DNA of 60,177 nucleotides, filler included, from Ionaspis alba (Eukaryota): NCBI GenBank assembly GCA_964255285.1. It is 6 parts of 6 records of this genome, joined end to end, with 100 filler letters (N's around TTAATTAATTAA, not from the genome) between each part and the next. Parts side by side here need not be neighbours in the genome. Positions count along the whole stretch, not along the records: positions 40,309 to 50,204 come from CAXUUL010000640.1; positions 50,305 to 60,177 come from CAXUUL010000641.1; 4 more parts are not named here. One strand, 5' to 3'. Shown piece by piece: positions 47,501 to 60,177 of this stretch (position 1 is its first letter; each line of letters starts with the position of its first letter). The notes under the pieces were generated by a model. It saw only the letters and a program-made list of their open reading frames with translations, ran no database searches and was not told where the DNA came from. The position numbers and the translations under genes were made by a program.

Positions 47501-50204
47501 CACTCCTGTTCTAGCTCAGCTTGGTGGATGGCTAGGATGGGTAGATTGGGGTTGGAAGGAGAATTCTTTCTACATGCTTGAGAGCGGAGATATGGATAGC
47601 TGGGTTTTTGATGACTCTGTGAGTATGAGGAATCGACCAGCTCAAATCATTGAACCACCGTCGATTTTTGAATACGTGGAAAAAGTAGATTTGGGCCTAG
47701 CAGATCCAAACTTTGTGACGCTGTTGGACCTCAACCCGGCACTCTCGGCTCAGGACCGAAGTTCAATATTCACCTCCTCAACTTTGAAAGATTTGACTCC
47801 AAGAACAGTGCTACTAATGGAACTGCTGCAGTGCCGAGGTCGAGATCCTGCTAATAGTATTGTTGACATAACTCTATCTGGTCTAAGCGTGACAATACTA
47901 GAGTCTTTTCCCGAGGGTGTCGCTGCTCCCCTAAGGTCCGTTATCTCAGCATGTCAGGCCAACCCAATGACAACATGGCCTGCGCCTATTTTGGCCTTGA
48001 TAGATCGAGATGACATTGGCATGCTCGAGCAAGCGGATATAGTCAATCAACCACCAGTGAAGGCCCCTGGGGTCCTCTCACACGAAGCACTGCGCGACGT
48101 GCATTCTATTTGCACCTCCACTCTCGATACTGATACAATCGGCGGCTACGATGGCTCTGCCGAGCTGGACAGACAGACAATCACTCGAATGATCTTTTCA
48201 GAGGACCAGAGATTTGTGGAAGCTACAAAGCTCGTGCATCCACTTAAGTCTACCGTAGCCCGCTGTGCTCCCGAGCCAGACTGGTCAGACACCGACTTGT
48301 TGGAAGCCCAACAAGAACTTGTTAAGGTCATTGCTGTACGCACTTTATCAGTCTCACCAGGCCGAGGCATGATCTTTTATAGTGCCAGGTTCCCACTCCT
48401 CACAGAGAGATTTCCGGTCCATGGATTCACACTTAGCTGTATCATGAAGCCCGGTAATACTACTGTTACTGCTGATAAAAGCTTGTACACAGAAGAAAAG
48501 GTCTCCTGGGCTTTCTTTCACGCAGGAGTTGAGGCAGGCTTGAGTATCTCAAGGGCTGCAAAGGGCATTGATACATCCTGGATTCTGTACAATAAACCGA
48601 CAGAGTTGAACAACAGACACGCTGGTTTCCTGCTTGCGCTTGGCCTGAATGGTCATCTGAAGAGTATTGCTAAGTGGGTCGCATTCAAGTATCTGACTCC
48701 CAAGCACACGATGACCTCGATCGGATTACTGCTGGGTCTTGCAGCATCATACCTGGGGACGATGGACACACTGATTACTCGCCTTCTTTCTGTTCACGTC
48801 ACACGAATGCTTCCTCCTGGTGCTGCTGAACTGAATCTATCACCCCTAACTCAAACGACTGGTATCATGGCTATAGGTCTACTCTATTGCAATACTCAGC
48901 ATCGTCGAATGACCGAAATCATGCTATCGGAAATCGAGAACATCGATCAAGACGAAAATGCAAGTCCGATGGATAATTTGAGAGATGAAGGATACAGACT
49001 CGCTGCTGGCTTTGCTCTAGGGTATATCAATCTTGGCCAAGGCAAGAATCTCAGTGGCCTACATGACATGCACATTATTGAACGACTCCTTGCTCTGGCT
49101 ATCGGTACCCGCAAAGTGGATATCGTACACATTCTAGATAAAGCAACGGCAGCTGCGACGGTTGCCATAGCCTTGATCTTCATGAAGACGCACGACGAGA
49201 GACTTGCAAAGAAGATCGACATCCCAGAGACACCGCACCAATTCGAGTATGTACGACCAGACATATTCCTGCTACGGACAGCTGCGAAACACCTGATATT
49301 ATGGGACAACATCACGGCAACTACAGCATGGATGCGAAAGCAATTACCACAAACCTATCAATCCCGCGTGAGATTGAACACAATCAGAGTCCTCACCACA
49401 GAGGATATGCCCCTCTTCAACATCATCGCCGGCCTCTGCCTCAGCATCGGGCTCCGCTTTGCCGGCTCTGCCAAACAAGACGTCCGCAACCTCCTCGGCC
49501 ACTACCTTGACCAATTCATCCGTATCTGCCGCCTCCCCGCCATCACATATGAGGGTAAACTCACCCGCATCACAGCTCGCAATTGTCAAGACGCTATCGC
49601 CCTTGCCGCCGCAACCGTCATGGCTGGCACCGGCGATCTATACATTTTCCGCCGGTTGCGTTCCCTCCACGGACGCACAGACCCCGACACTCCCTACGGC
49701 AGCCACCTCGCGGCTCACCTAGCTGTGGGTGTCCTATTCCTTGCCGGAGGCACCCACACTCTCAGCACGTCCAATCTCGCCGTCGCTTCTCTCCTCTGCG
49801 CCTTCTACCCTCTCTTTCCCACCGCCGTTCTTGACAACAAAGCACACCTGCAAGCCTTCCGCCACTTCTGGGTCCTAGCAGCCGAGCCTCGCTGTCTAGT
49901 CGTCCGAGACGCCGACACTCACCATCCTCTTCCCTCGCCTCTGATCATCACCCTACGAGACGGCACCGAGCTTGCAGCTACTGCTCCTTGCCTCCTTCCG
50001 GACTTGGACACCATCGCCCAGATCGCGACTGATAATCCGGAGTACTGGCGTGTGACCCTCGATTTCGCGGCCAACCCTGCTCATCTGCCGGCTTTCAAGC
50101 GCCATCAGAGTATCTATGTTCGTCATCGTGGTGCTTACGATGCGCATGGATCTGTCTTCAGCGCGACGATGCAGGCGCTCAATGATGCGCAGGCTGCCCA
50201 TCAG
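44505..50204 (+). CDS. APC1: Anaphase-promoting complex subunit 1 (BimE/Cut4/Apc1), 3'-truncated by contig end
   Basis: MASIQSLGIHKP start, HVIHLPFEV, WAFFHAGVEAGL, NRHAGFLLALGLNGHL, PC repeats (TSIGLLLGLAASYLGTMD), EGYRLAAGFALG, YGSHLAAHLAVG, HLQAFRHFWVLAAEPRC. Confidence 0.96.
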
Positions 50205-50304
50205 NNNNNNNNNNNNNNNNNNNNNNNNNNNNNNNNNNNNNNNNNNNNTTAATTAATTAANNNNNNNNNNNNNNNNNNNNNNNNNNNNNNNNNNNNNNNN
50301 NNNN
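50205..50304. other. Artificial contig spacer N44-TTAATTAATTAA-N44
   Basis: Same linker. Confidence 0.97.
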
Positions 50305-50319
50305 TTGGAAATCTCTACC

Positions 50320-51865
50320 ATGAACAGAGCATTTACAAACGCTATTCGACAAGTGGGCAGGTCGAGACCGAAAGCATGGCCACCACGAATTGCTATCCGC
50401 TATGCATCGAACAAGCACCCTAAGGGATTCGTAGCTCCTTCGAGCGAGGAGTTGACAGAGCTGAGAGAGAGGGTTCAAGAGTTCACAAGTCAGCTTTTCC
50501 ATCACGTTGTCGAGACACCGGGCTGAGCTAGTCGTGTAGGACGAGAGATACCAGAAGAGCTAGCTGCAAAGACGGATCGAGACAATGAATTCCCAAATGA
50601 GATGTGGAAGAAGTTCGGAGACGCAGGGCAAGTCCTCACTTGAATACGTTGACCGATTCATCAACGGCTAACCATGACCCAGCTTCCTTGGCATAACAGC
50701 AGACGAAGACTACGGCGGCCTAGCAATGGGTTATCAAGCTCATTGCATCGTCATGGAAGAAATCAGCAGGGCATCAGGTCTGTCAAGCCCAGACCACCAG
50801 CAACTAGAACCCTTATGTTAAATAACGCAGGCAGCATTGGCCTCTCCTACGCTGCCCATTCCCAACTCTGCATAAATCAACTCTCTTTGAATGGCACTTC
50901 CGAACAAAAACAAAGATACCTTCCGGGTCTCGTCTCTGGTGAAAAGATAGGTGCATTGGCTATGTCTGAACATTCAGCCGGCTCGGACGTGGTCAGTATG
51001 AAGACGACCGCGAAGGCCGTGGATGGAGGATGGGTTCTCAACGGGAGCAAGATGTGGATCACAAATGTACCTCACCCTACTAGACATCTCACTCGGGGAT
51101 GGGATGCTCATGGTGATATAGGGACCAGATGCCCATCATATCGTTGTCTACGCCAAAACCGAGCCTGATAAAGGGTCCAAGGGCATCACAGCGTTCATCG
51201 TCGATAGTTCAGCGCCTGGCTTCTCAGTCGCTCGCAAACTAGACAAACTCGGCATGCGAGGTTCCAACACTGGCGAGCTCGTCTTCGAAGACGTCTTTGT
51301 TCCCCGCGAGAATCTCCTCGGCGAAGTGAATCGCGGCGTTAAAGTCCTCATGGAAGGTCTTGATATCGAGCGGCTAGTACTGAGTGCTGGACCTTTGGGG
51401 TAAGCCACTACCCATCCTTCCTTCTTAGGCAGCCTCAGAATTGACTAAAAGCTGCCTCACAGCATAATGCAAGCCGCTCTCGACCTCGTCCTCCCCTACA
51501 CCCACACCCGGACCCAGTTCTCCGCCCCCATAGCCACGAACCAGCTCATCCAAGGCAAACTCGCAGATATGTACACCAAAGCACGAGCCTCCTCCGCCTA
51601 CACTTACAGCACGGCCAAAGCCATTGACGAGGGTGAGGCTATCCGCACCCAGGATTGTGCGGGCAGTATCTTGTATGCGGCTGAGCGCGCGACCGAGTGT
51701 GCGCTTGATGCTATCCAGTTGATGGGTGGGATGGGATATATGAATGAGGTTCCAGCGGGGAGATTGCTGAGGGATGCGAAGCTTTATGAGATTGGGGCGG
51801 GGACGAGTGAGGTTAGGAGGGTGGTTATTGGAAGGGCTTTTAATCGGGAGTTTGGGGTCCGGTGA
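50320..51865 (+). CDS. ivdA: Mitochondrial isovaleryl-CoA dehydrogenase, about 6 exons
   Basis: [108 protein letters not shown]. Confidence 0.94.
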
Positions 51866-53134
51866 AGGGGNNNNNNNNNNNNNNNNNNNNNNNNNNNNNN
51901 NNNNNNNNNNNNNNNNNNNNNNNNNNNNNNNNNNNNNNNNNNNNNNNNNNNNNNNNNNNNNNNNNNNNNNGAAGAAAGACGAAGTGTTTCGACGAAGCTT
52001 GACCTGATGGGATGTCAAGGTTATCTGGTCAGGGGCTGAAGAGCAGCAGGATCGAGGTGGAAGTCGTGTAGAGACTGGAGAACCCTCCGCCGGGTCTAAG
52101 GGAGAGGAACGTATGAAAATTGTCCGCAACGTTACTCTTGCCAGGCTGTGCTGCCTCGAAAGGGCCAGTCTTCCAACAGCGTTACCAAACATGCTTAACA
52201 GCTAAGCACCAATTACTTGCCGTTGTTCCGGTGTCAAACGTCAAAACAATCGGGGCGGTAGATTCCGCACTTTGAAATCCTACCTGCTAGAAAGGAAGGA
52301 TGAAGGAATCCTTGGAACGTGGTGCTACATTGGGTAGGAACGTCGACGGATTGAGCGAGCCCCTTTTCCATCAGCCCTGCACGAGTCAGGGATGTCCCAT
52401 TCTTCCGTAGAGAAAATTTTCATGTGCAACAACAACTATCTTCTCATCAATCGAGCAAATAGACAGATCTTATCGAAAATCCGAATAAATTAACAACAAA
52501 ATCTTGCTACAACACCGCCTTCTCTTTCCCGCTACAACGTCCACACAAATCGTAAACACAACAGGGCCATCAAACGGCCTTGCTGTCAAAACACGGGAAT
52601 GGCTTTTTGGCATTGCCTCGGCCCGACCAACCCAATCAAACGCTTCTGTTGCGCCCTTCCCGACCACGCCGTAGATCGGCAGGCATCCCCCGCAAACAAA
52701 TGCTCTAAATAGCAGTCTCTGCTAAACAGAATAGGGGAAGTCGCGAATGGGAAAAGGGAGCTAATCCAGCCTAAACAGCCCCGGTGACCGACGCCAATGA
52801 CGAGTTGGTCGCTAAATGAGTTCGTATTTTGTTCTATTACTCCACTTTTTTTCTTCTCCTCAACCTCATTTCTCTCGCTCTCTTACATCCGTCCAATCCT
52901 TCTTCTTCCTTCTTTGCATCTATCTTCTTCACCCCACGCTCGTTTGTCCTAAGAGTAGGATCACAATCAAAACATCTTCACCTTCTCCTTCCAAAGGTTG
53001 AGAGTTCTATAAAGTCTTAGTTGATATATAAAGATTCTCTTCTCCTTTTCAACCGGCACTCGTTCCCACTCTTCTACAGAAAACCACAACTTCAAATCCA
53101 TCATTTCACCAATCTCCCCCAAACCCCCAACAAG

Positions 53135-54004
53135 ATGCGTCCCACCACCATCCTCGGAGCCCTAGCTCCCCTCGTCGGCGCCACAAACGCCTACTGGAAA
53201 GGCATCAACATCCCCGCCAACCTTCCCAATGGCGCCTGCAAAACAACCGCCGACTGGACCAAAGACTTCCAAGTGATGGCCGGCCTTCCCGGCCACTTCA
53301 CCTCCGCCCGTCTATACGCCAGCTCCGACTGCAACACCCTCCAGAACGCCGTCCCCGCCGCCATCGCCACCGGCACCAAACTCCTCGTCGGCGTCTGGAC
53401 CGAAAACTGGCAGCACTTCGACGCCGAGAAACAGGCTCTACTGAATGCAATCAAGCAGCACGGGCACGACTGGATCATCTCCGTTTCCGTCGGCAGCGAG
53501 GACCTGTACCGAGGCGATACCAACGCCAATACGCTAGCGGGCCAGATCTACGACGTCCGCGGCATGCTCTCCACCGTAGGCGGGTCCGGCATCCAAGTCG
53601 GCCACGTCGACACCTGGACCGCGTGGGTCAAACCCGAAAACGCCCCCGTCATCCGCGCCTGCGACTTCGTCGGCACCGACGGGTATCCCTATTTCCAGAG
53701 CGCGCAGGAAAGCGACGGCTACAACGTTTTCTGGCAGAGTGTGCAAGCCACGCGGGACGTTGTCAATCGCGTCAAGCCCGGAACCTGGGTCTGGATTACC
53801 GAGACTGGATGGCCGGTTAGTGGAGCCAATTTTGGGGCTGCGGTACCCAGTGTTCAGAATGCGCAGATGTATTGGAAGAGTGTTGCTTGTTCGGCTTTTG
53901 CCAATGCGCATACTTTTTGGTATACTTTGCAGGATTTTACGAGTAAGCCGAGTTTTGGGATTGTGGGGCAGGATTTTAGGCCGCTTTATGATTTGAGGTG
54001 TTAG
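53135..54004 (+). CDS. Secreted glycoside hydrolase family 17 beta-1,3-glucanase/glucanosyltransferase (no GPI tail)
   Basis: Signal peptide MRPTTILGALAPLVGATNA, ARLYASSDCNTL, VSVGSEDLYR (acid/base Glu), VGHVDTW, DGYPYFQ, VWITETGWP (nucleophile Glu). Confidence 0.92.
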   Translation: MRPTTILGALAPLVGATNAYWKGINIPANLPNGACKTTADWTKDFQVMAGLPGHFTSARLYASSDCNTLQNAVPAAIATGTKLLVGVWTENWQHFDAEKQALLNAIKQHGHDWIISVSVGSEDLYRGDTNANTLAGQIYDVRGMLSTVGGSGIQVGHVDTWTAWVKPENAPVIRACDFVGTDGYPYFQSAQESDGYNVFWQSVQATRDVVNRVKPGTWVWITETGWPVSGANFGAAVPSVQNAQMYWKSVACSAFANAHTFWYTLQDFTSKPSFGIVGQDFRPLYDLRC

Positions 54005-54191
54005 ATGAGACGTGGTGAGGGGTGGGTTGAAGATGGGGTGGAGTGTTCTTGGTGAGGGTAACGGATATCGTTGTGGAGGTTGTGGCGNNNNNNNNNNNNN
54101 NNNNNNNNNNNNNNNNNNNNNNNNNNNNNNNNNNNNNNNNNNNNNNNNNNNNNNNNNNNNNNNNNNNNNNNNNNNNNNNNNNNNNNNCAAA

Positions 54192-57143
54192 TCAAGCCCT
54201 CTGCCCCTGAAAAACCCGATGAATAATATCAATAAACTGCGGAAACAACCTCCCCACACTATCTTCAATCAAAGCCTCAAACATCCTAATCGCCTCCTCC
54301 TCACTAACCCCCAACGCAAACCTCTCCCTAATCTTCTCAACCGCCTTATCCGGTTCAGCGCGAATATCCGGGATATTGGCATCGGTCATGAGAGCAAACA
54401 GGTTGAGGATGAGGTTGCTGGATTTCCGCAATGTGGTGTAGGCTGTGAAGCAGTATTGTTTGAAGGTTGCGTAGTTGGCGGACTCGGAGCCGCCCATGGC
54501 GTCGACCATTACTTGGGAGAGCTTGATGGGTGGGGGCATAGGTTTGGGGTCGCGGCCGAGCATGTAGCCGAAGTCGATGTGGAAGAAATGGCCTGGTATC
54601 AACGATGAGATCTTCTTCTTATTAGTGCACTATGAGGATTGGTACTTACCATCAGGGGCAAGCAGGAGATTATCGAGGTGCCGGTCACCGACACCGAGAA
54701 GATATGTCACGACGCAGTATCCGGCACAACTTTTGACATAGATGTCCATTGCTTCTTTGCGGACTCCTAGGTCTGCCTTCTTATCCGGGTTGTTTGCTCG
54801 CAGGTAAGCCAGGATGTAATTGCCACCATATTTTGTCTGCGCAGCTCCCAAAGTCGTCGAAGGGACGAATTGCACAGCTCCTGCACTGGCACTTGTAGCC
54901 AAGATACGATAAGGGGATAATTTGAGGTCTAGGTTCTCCTTGCGAAGCAATCGGTCCATCAGAGAAATGATTTGGATTACTAGCTGGTCTTGTCGGAGAT
55001 CGTCGCCTGTCTTGAAGATGATCGGATATTTCTTCCCATCCGAGGTCTTGAAGTTGATGAATAGAGGGAAAAGCGAGGATTTGAAGACGTTTGACTCTTC
55101 TGGATAGCATCCAACGATAGACACGCTAGGATCTAGTGGTAGTGGCAGCGGTGGATCGAAAGACGAGACTTCGTTCTTCGGATCTGCTAGATATTTCTTC
55201 AGATTTTCAATCATGCGAGGTCGGTTGTCACGTCCAAATCGCAGATCCTTCGAGATCTTAGAAAGTACTGTGACCAGTTCGCCCTGCCGAAGTAGCTGCT
55301 TCCGACGATCAGGACCTCCCGGTACCTGCATCAATTCTGTCATGAAATCGTACTCGACTTTAGCAAACAGTTTCCGATGGTCCTTGGCTTGGTTAGGACT
55401 TCGATCATCGCACTCTACCATAAGATACCAATGCAGATAATTTCCGAGCATGAAGGCTTTGGTCGCTCTGCTTATCAGAAAGCTAGCGAGCGAAGAGTCC
55501 TGAGTAACATGCCCGTCTTTCTCCAGAGATATTTTCTCGAATTTTAAGGCTTGTACAAGCTGGAGCAGATAGGTCAGGAGCTCATCGTCATCCGCTTTGC
55601 GGAGTCTGTCCACAGCATACGCTCTGACTGCAGGATTATCGAACGTTGGTCCCAGTAATTCCAAAGCATCGTCCACGTCGATCTCAGTCCATTTGGGCAG
55701 TATCTGCACAGCTTGCCGAGCTTCGCTTTGATCCTGCCATGCAACAGACTTGATGAACTTGGTCAAAGCCCGCTTATCTCGAGTAAGATGATGTCTGAAC
55801 TTCCAGATCAAATCCTTTTCTTCTCCATTCAGTTCCTGGGTTGGTCCATATGCCATGATAGTATTCAGCTCATCACGGATTTTGGCGTTAGGTTTGAGAT
55901 CCCGGTCTAAGACACCAGTCCTATGACTACGAACAAGCCGCCTGTGCTTGCTCTCCGCCGGATTGTCTTTCTGTCCCACCTCTGGGTCGTAGACTCTGAT
56001 GAGCGGAGATGCATCATCATCATCGCCAGTGCCGGGAGATGGGCCATGAATACCAGGACCGAATTGAACTTCAGGCGGAGGTTTAAGATTGACGTTGGTA
56101 GTAGAGGTTGGATGATGAGGCATAGTGGAGATAGGTGGTGGAGCATATTCATGATCTGTGAAAACCACTGGAAAATCAAATCGAGGGAAATCGACGATCA
56201 AGGTAAGTCGATCTTCTCCTTCCTCATCAGATACGTCCGACTCATGTGTACCATTAGATACAGTAGGGGTAGATTTGCCTTCCAAAGGGAGATTCCGAAC
56301 TCCCTCTCGGCCTCCTGATAGAGTGCGATTCTTCTTTCGAGAAAGCCTTTCAAGTGTCTCCACCTCCTGCCTCTTCTTCCTGACTGAATCGAAAACCAGC
56401 TTATCCAACCAGTCTACCCTCGGTATCTCCCCCATTTCATGCTTCTTGAAAAGCTTCTCGAGTCTTTCAAGCTCCTCCTCCTGCTTGCTTACTACTGGCG
56501 TAGCAGAAGCACCGTTTCTTTGGCGATCCCGCGGCAATGGAGGAACGGCCGGGGTAGTACTGGAGGAGAACCCATCCGCAGCTTTGTGGCGATGAAGTCG
56601 GCATTTCTGTCTTCCTTTCTGTAAAGTATCGTCTTTGTCAAAGAGTGGAATCGTAGTTCCCCCAAAAGGTATAGCATGACCCCTTGCTCCTTTCCCACCT
56701 GTCGGCGATAAGTCCCATACCGTTATAGCGAGCTGCGATGTGAGTGGCAGAGTAGAGATACTGAAGGGTAGCTCAAGCCATTCATTCCAGGTACGGGAGT
56801 TCTTGAAGGACTTGTACGACGTTTGGACCGGTACTGTCAGTGGTTTGGAGTCTGCCCATAGCTGAACAGAAACGTATAAATTCGAATATGGACTAAGACG
56901 ACGATTAGAACAAGTTCGTTCATGGTCACTTAATGATCGTACCTGGTGTTAGAGCCAATATACCTCAGATCAGGCCTTCGGAGCAGTGTTGAGAGTGGTA
57001 GCTGAGACTGATGGCCTTCCAAGCTACCTCTATCCCAGCTGTCAGTATCTAGGGTTTTCGAGAACGAGTAGGGCAATGACCTACATTCTCACATTGACTG
57101 GGAAGTCAAGGGTACTGGAGTTTGCGAAGGTATACTCCTCCAT
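54192..57143 (-). CDS. VPS34: Phosphatidylinositol 3-kinase Vps34 (class III), 4 exons
   Basis: C2 domain (WNEWLELP), NPAESKHRRL, PIK helical domain (ELLTYLLQLVQAL), FKTGDDLRQDQL, YLLGVGDRHLDN, HIDFGY. ATG at 57143. Confidence 0.96.
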
Positions 57144-57389
57144 ATCTCAATGAAGTAGCAAGCACTACTTCACAAGCTATAGAGATCATGTTTCAAGCTT
57201 GCAAAAAAAATCAACGGTCATCAAGCAGTTATGAAATCGATGCATGGTTTATGTCAACGGCCGCGTGGGCCACTATCGATTTGTTGACAGGGTTTGCTTG
57301 GACCACCGCGTAAATGGGAGCCTTGCCTCCTGCACACTACGTATCTACAATACAAACATCGCGTTCAAAAATCCACTCAGTTCCACAAT

Positions 57390-59028
57390 ATGGCGCGCCT
57401 TACAAGGAGAGAAACTCCAGATGACGATGACGAAGACGAAACACTATCCAGATTCACGGCTTCAACGCGCGAGACATCGCGCCGCAGACCGCAAAATGTA
57501 GGCTCCCTCTCTCCCTCGCCTGCTGCGTCATTCTCTTCGGATAAGGAGAACCACGGTCAAATATCGAAACAAACGCGCAGTTCGAATGGCGAGACCAAAG
57601 CTATGCTACCCCCGAAACTACCTACACCTCCTTCTGGGGAGGGGTCTGCTCATTCAAACAAGAGAAGGAAATTGGGGGAGCGCAATGCACCCAATGCGAG
57701 CCAGATTGCGTTTCAAGAGAGCCTGAAGTCGATTGAAAATACCGATCTATATGATCCCGAGCAACCCATGGAAGAGAGGAGAGCGGTGCGGAGGGGCATA
57801 CGAGACCTTGGTAGAGACTTGAACGGTAAGCTCTCTTACGAGTACCCCCTAGCAAATCACAGCGGCTCATGGTACATCAACAGAGAATCGAGCAGAATAC
57901 TTGACAGCCCGATCCACCGGTCTCGCGGACACTGTCACCAAAGCCAACGATCTTTTCCACTCTGTTAAACAGACCGCCGATGCTACCTTAGATTCTCGAC
58001 TTTTAGTCTCAGCCGCAGACCTAGGAGTACGGAGATCTACACAACTGAAGTTCGGCGATACATCCCACGGCATCGACGTCAAAGACTTTGTTGCGAAATG
58101 CATAACCTTTATGCGAAAAGGGCCTAGTGATGCCGAAGCTGCAATCTCAGGCTTTTCAACGCAACGAAGACAAAGAAGGAGAGACGACAGCGACGACGAA
58201 GACGCAACAGGCGTGCACGACGATGAAGGAGACGCGTGTAACTGGGAGTGGCTTGGCCGAAAAGCGTGCTTCCCACACAACATCCGTCCGCCAGTCTCCA
58301 GCTTCCTCCTAGGGCCACTATCAGTGCAGAAACGACTACGCAAACAAACACAAAGGACCCAGCGACTAAGAAAGCAAGACCCTCGGGATGCCGTCCGGCC
58401 TGAAGAGCTGAAGCACAAAGATCTGGAGGTAGTGGAAAACTCAAACCTCACCACCTTCTGCACCAATATTGCTGAGCTGCTTAAGAGGACGCAGCGAGAT
58501 GGCCAAGCAAAAACTCAAGAGGAGGCTACGGAGGACATGACGGAAGCTGATATCATTAGACTAATGGCCACACACAACGTTACTGACGACGGCGGCGTTT
58601 GTCTCTTCCGCTTCGTCATAAATCCCAAATCCTTCGGCCAGAGCGTCGAGAATCTTTTCTATGTCAGCTTCCTGATACGAGATGGTTATGTGGGCGTGGG
58701 CGAGGACAGCAGTGGACTGCCATCTCTTCGTGAGTCTCTCGTTCTGTTATTCTCTCCGATCCGGCCGGGCTCTGTTCTCCAGTCTTTATTATTTCTGCAC
58801 AGAGTCGGTCATCCATGCTGACACTTCTTAGACGGCACAACACCCCTCACCAAGGATGAAATCCAAGAAAAAGGCATTAAAAACCACCGCAAGCATCAAG
58901 CCGTCTTTCATCTCGATTTCCCTACCTGGCGAGACATTGTCGACGCTTTCGAGCTGAAGGAGTGCGTGATAGGACATAGAGAAACAAAAGAAGAGACGCA
59001 AGTCGGCGCGACTGGGTGGTACGGCTAG
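57390..59028 (+). CDS. NSE4: Smc5/6 kleisin subunit Nse4/Qri2, 3 exons
   Basis: SFSSDKEN, YDPEQPMEERRAVRR, VKQTADATLDSRLLV, NWEWLGR, FLLGPLSVQKR, FVINPKSFGQSVENLFYVSFLIRDG, KHQAVFHLDFPTW, GATGWYG*. Confidence 0.93.
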
Positions 59029-59632
59029 ACTCCGTACAAAGGATCAGCTTTTGGGATTTTAGATATCACTGCAAATACTTCGGAGGTTCAGCGTGTTGAC
59101 GGTAAGGCGTTTGAAGGCGAATTGGTGCGATACAGCAATGGAGAAGTCGAATGTTGTTTAGAAGATCTGTGTTTATCCTCAGTTGCTAGGATATCTGAGA
59201 TAAAGAAGAGGTATGGAGTTTCTTGCTTCATCTATTTTCCACTGGCCAATTTGACAATTCAGACTCCGCTTTTCTGGATGGGGGTACAGGAAGAGGCTGG
59301 CGGCAACATTCTTATAGATACCAAATAATGCGTTGTCATTCAATGATATGGATGTCGGCAAGAACCTTAAATCAAGTGAGACATGACAGCATCATAGGAT
59401 CATAAATGGTGCGGTGTAAGTATCATGAACATTTAAATTGCTTTAGCTACAAAAGAAAAGGCTCGATAAAGCGCAAGTTATACAATCCCCAAACGCCTTC
59501 CCCACCAAACCCCAAGATAAGAAGGAGCGACTGCTAAACCCGACACGCCTTATGTTCTGGCCATCCAGCAAGCCAAGCCCCTATCCCATCGCCAACACCA
59601 TCAACCCCTTCCCGATCTCACAGTCCGACCTC

Positions 59633-60177
59633 CTACCCCAACAACTCCTTCTTCTCCTCCACCTCGCCATCCGCCTCCACATCCTCATACTTCGGCAACC
59701 CATCCTCAGCCTCAACCACCTGATCCACCCGCTCATACCCCGCCCTCCTCCTCGCAAACATCCACACTCCCACAACCACCCGTCCAACAACCATCCCCGC
59801 CACAGCAGCCACAAACATTGCAACCAGCAATCCCACAACCGGCACAACCACATTCCCGATAATCCTCTCCACCTTGCCAATCTTCGGTCCGCCATGATGG
59901 TGATGATGGCCATGATGCATCTTCTCCCCCTCAGTAGGGAATTTACCCGCGAATTTATCCGGACCACCGTGAAGATGGAGGCCATGGGGCGGCTTGTGAG
60001 CTGTGGGATGAATGGGGCGGAACCCGAGTTTCCGCATGCAGCCGATCCTGGCGCCGTTGAGTTTGTGGGCTGCTTTCAAGGCCATGGCCCGCATGGCGCG
60101 GAGTTTGGCGAGGATGATGGCGCGGGCTTTGCAGGTTATTGTTGTGCAATGGGGGGTTACGGAGGAGGGGATTGGGG
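59633..60177 (-). CDS. 3' end of a conserved hypothetical single-pass membrane protein (5' part outside the window)
   Basis: C..ITCKARAII, His-rich linker, TM segment VVVPVVGLLVAMFVAAVAGMVVGRVVVGVW and a cytosolic LPKYED motif. Confidence 0.65.
   Translation of the reverse strand, partial: PIPSSVTPHCTTITCKARAIILAKLRAMRAMALKAAHKLNGARIGCMRKLGFRPIHPTAHKPPHGLHLHGGPDKFAGKFPTEGEKMHHGHHHHHGGPKIGKVERIIGNVVVPVVGLLVAMFVAAVAGMVVGRVVVGVWMFARRRAGYERVDQVVEAEDGLPKYEDVEADGEVEEKKELLG

Noticed and set aside
10037..50260. TTAATTAATTAA recurring about every 10 kb as a biological periodic motif or repeat array
   Set aside because: It is always embedded in 44+44 Ns, which is a standard six-frame-stop contig linker.
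51425..54608. Long ORFs spanning N runs (255, 244 and 198 aa)
   Set aside because: They are antisense to ivdA, GH17 or VPS34 and are inflated by read-through across gaps.

Overview
Eukaryotic, intron-containing DNA from a filamentous ascomycete (Pezizomycotina; the proteins look Eurotiomycete-like, but I cannot place it more exactly). The window is not one locus. It is six contigs of about 10 kb (9992, 9991, 9971, 9954, 9896 and 9873 nt, in descending size) joined by artificial 100-nt N44-TTAATTAATTAA-N44 spacers. Most genes are conserved housekeeping genes: palB/RIM13, ANT1, ORC3, RSA4, MSH4, IRE1, BET3, somA/FLO8, PET112/gatB, APC1/bimE, ivdA, a GH17 glucanase, VPS34 and NSE4. The non-core content has four parts. 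(1) An AT-rich, RIP-like repeat relic at the start of the window. (2) A stop-riddled, truncated tyrosine-recombinase-like pseudogene (DUF3435/Starship-captain-like) next to BET3. (3) A multi-dsRBD-like protein. (4) An orphan-rich contig 4 that opens with a divergent pair: a DUF3990-like ADP-ribosyltransferase-fold gene and an F-box gene. That pair is the best candidate for an undescribed system, but the interpretation is inference from motif recognition only. No rRNA, tRNA or CRISPR was seen. Exon boundaries were read by eye and are approximate.
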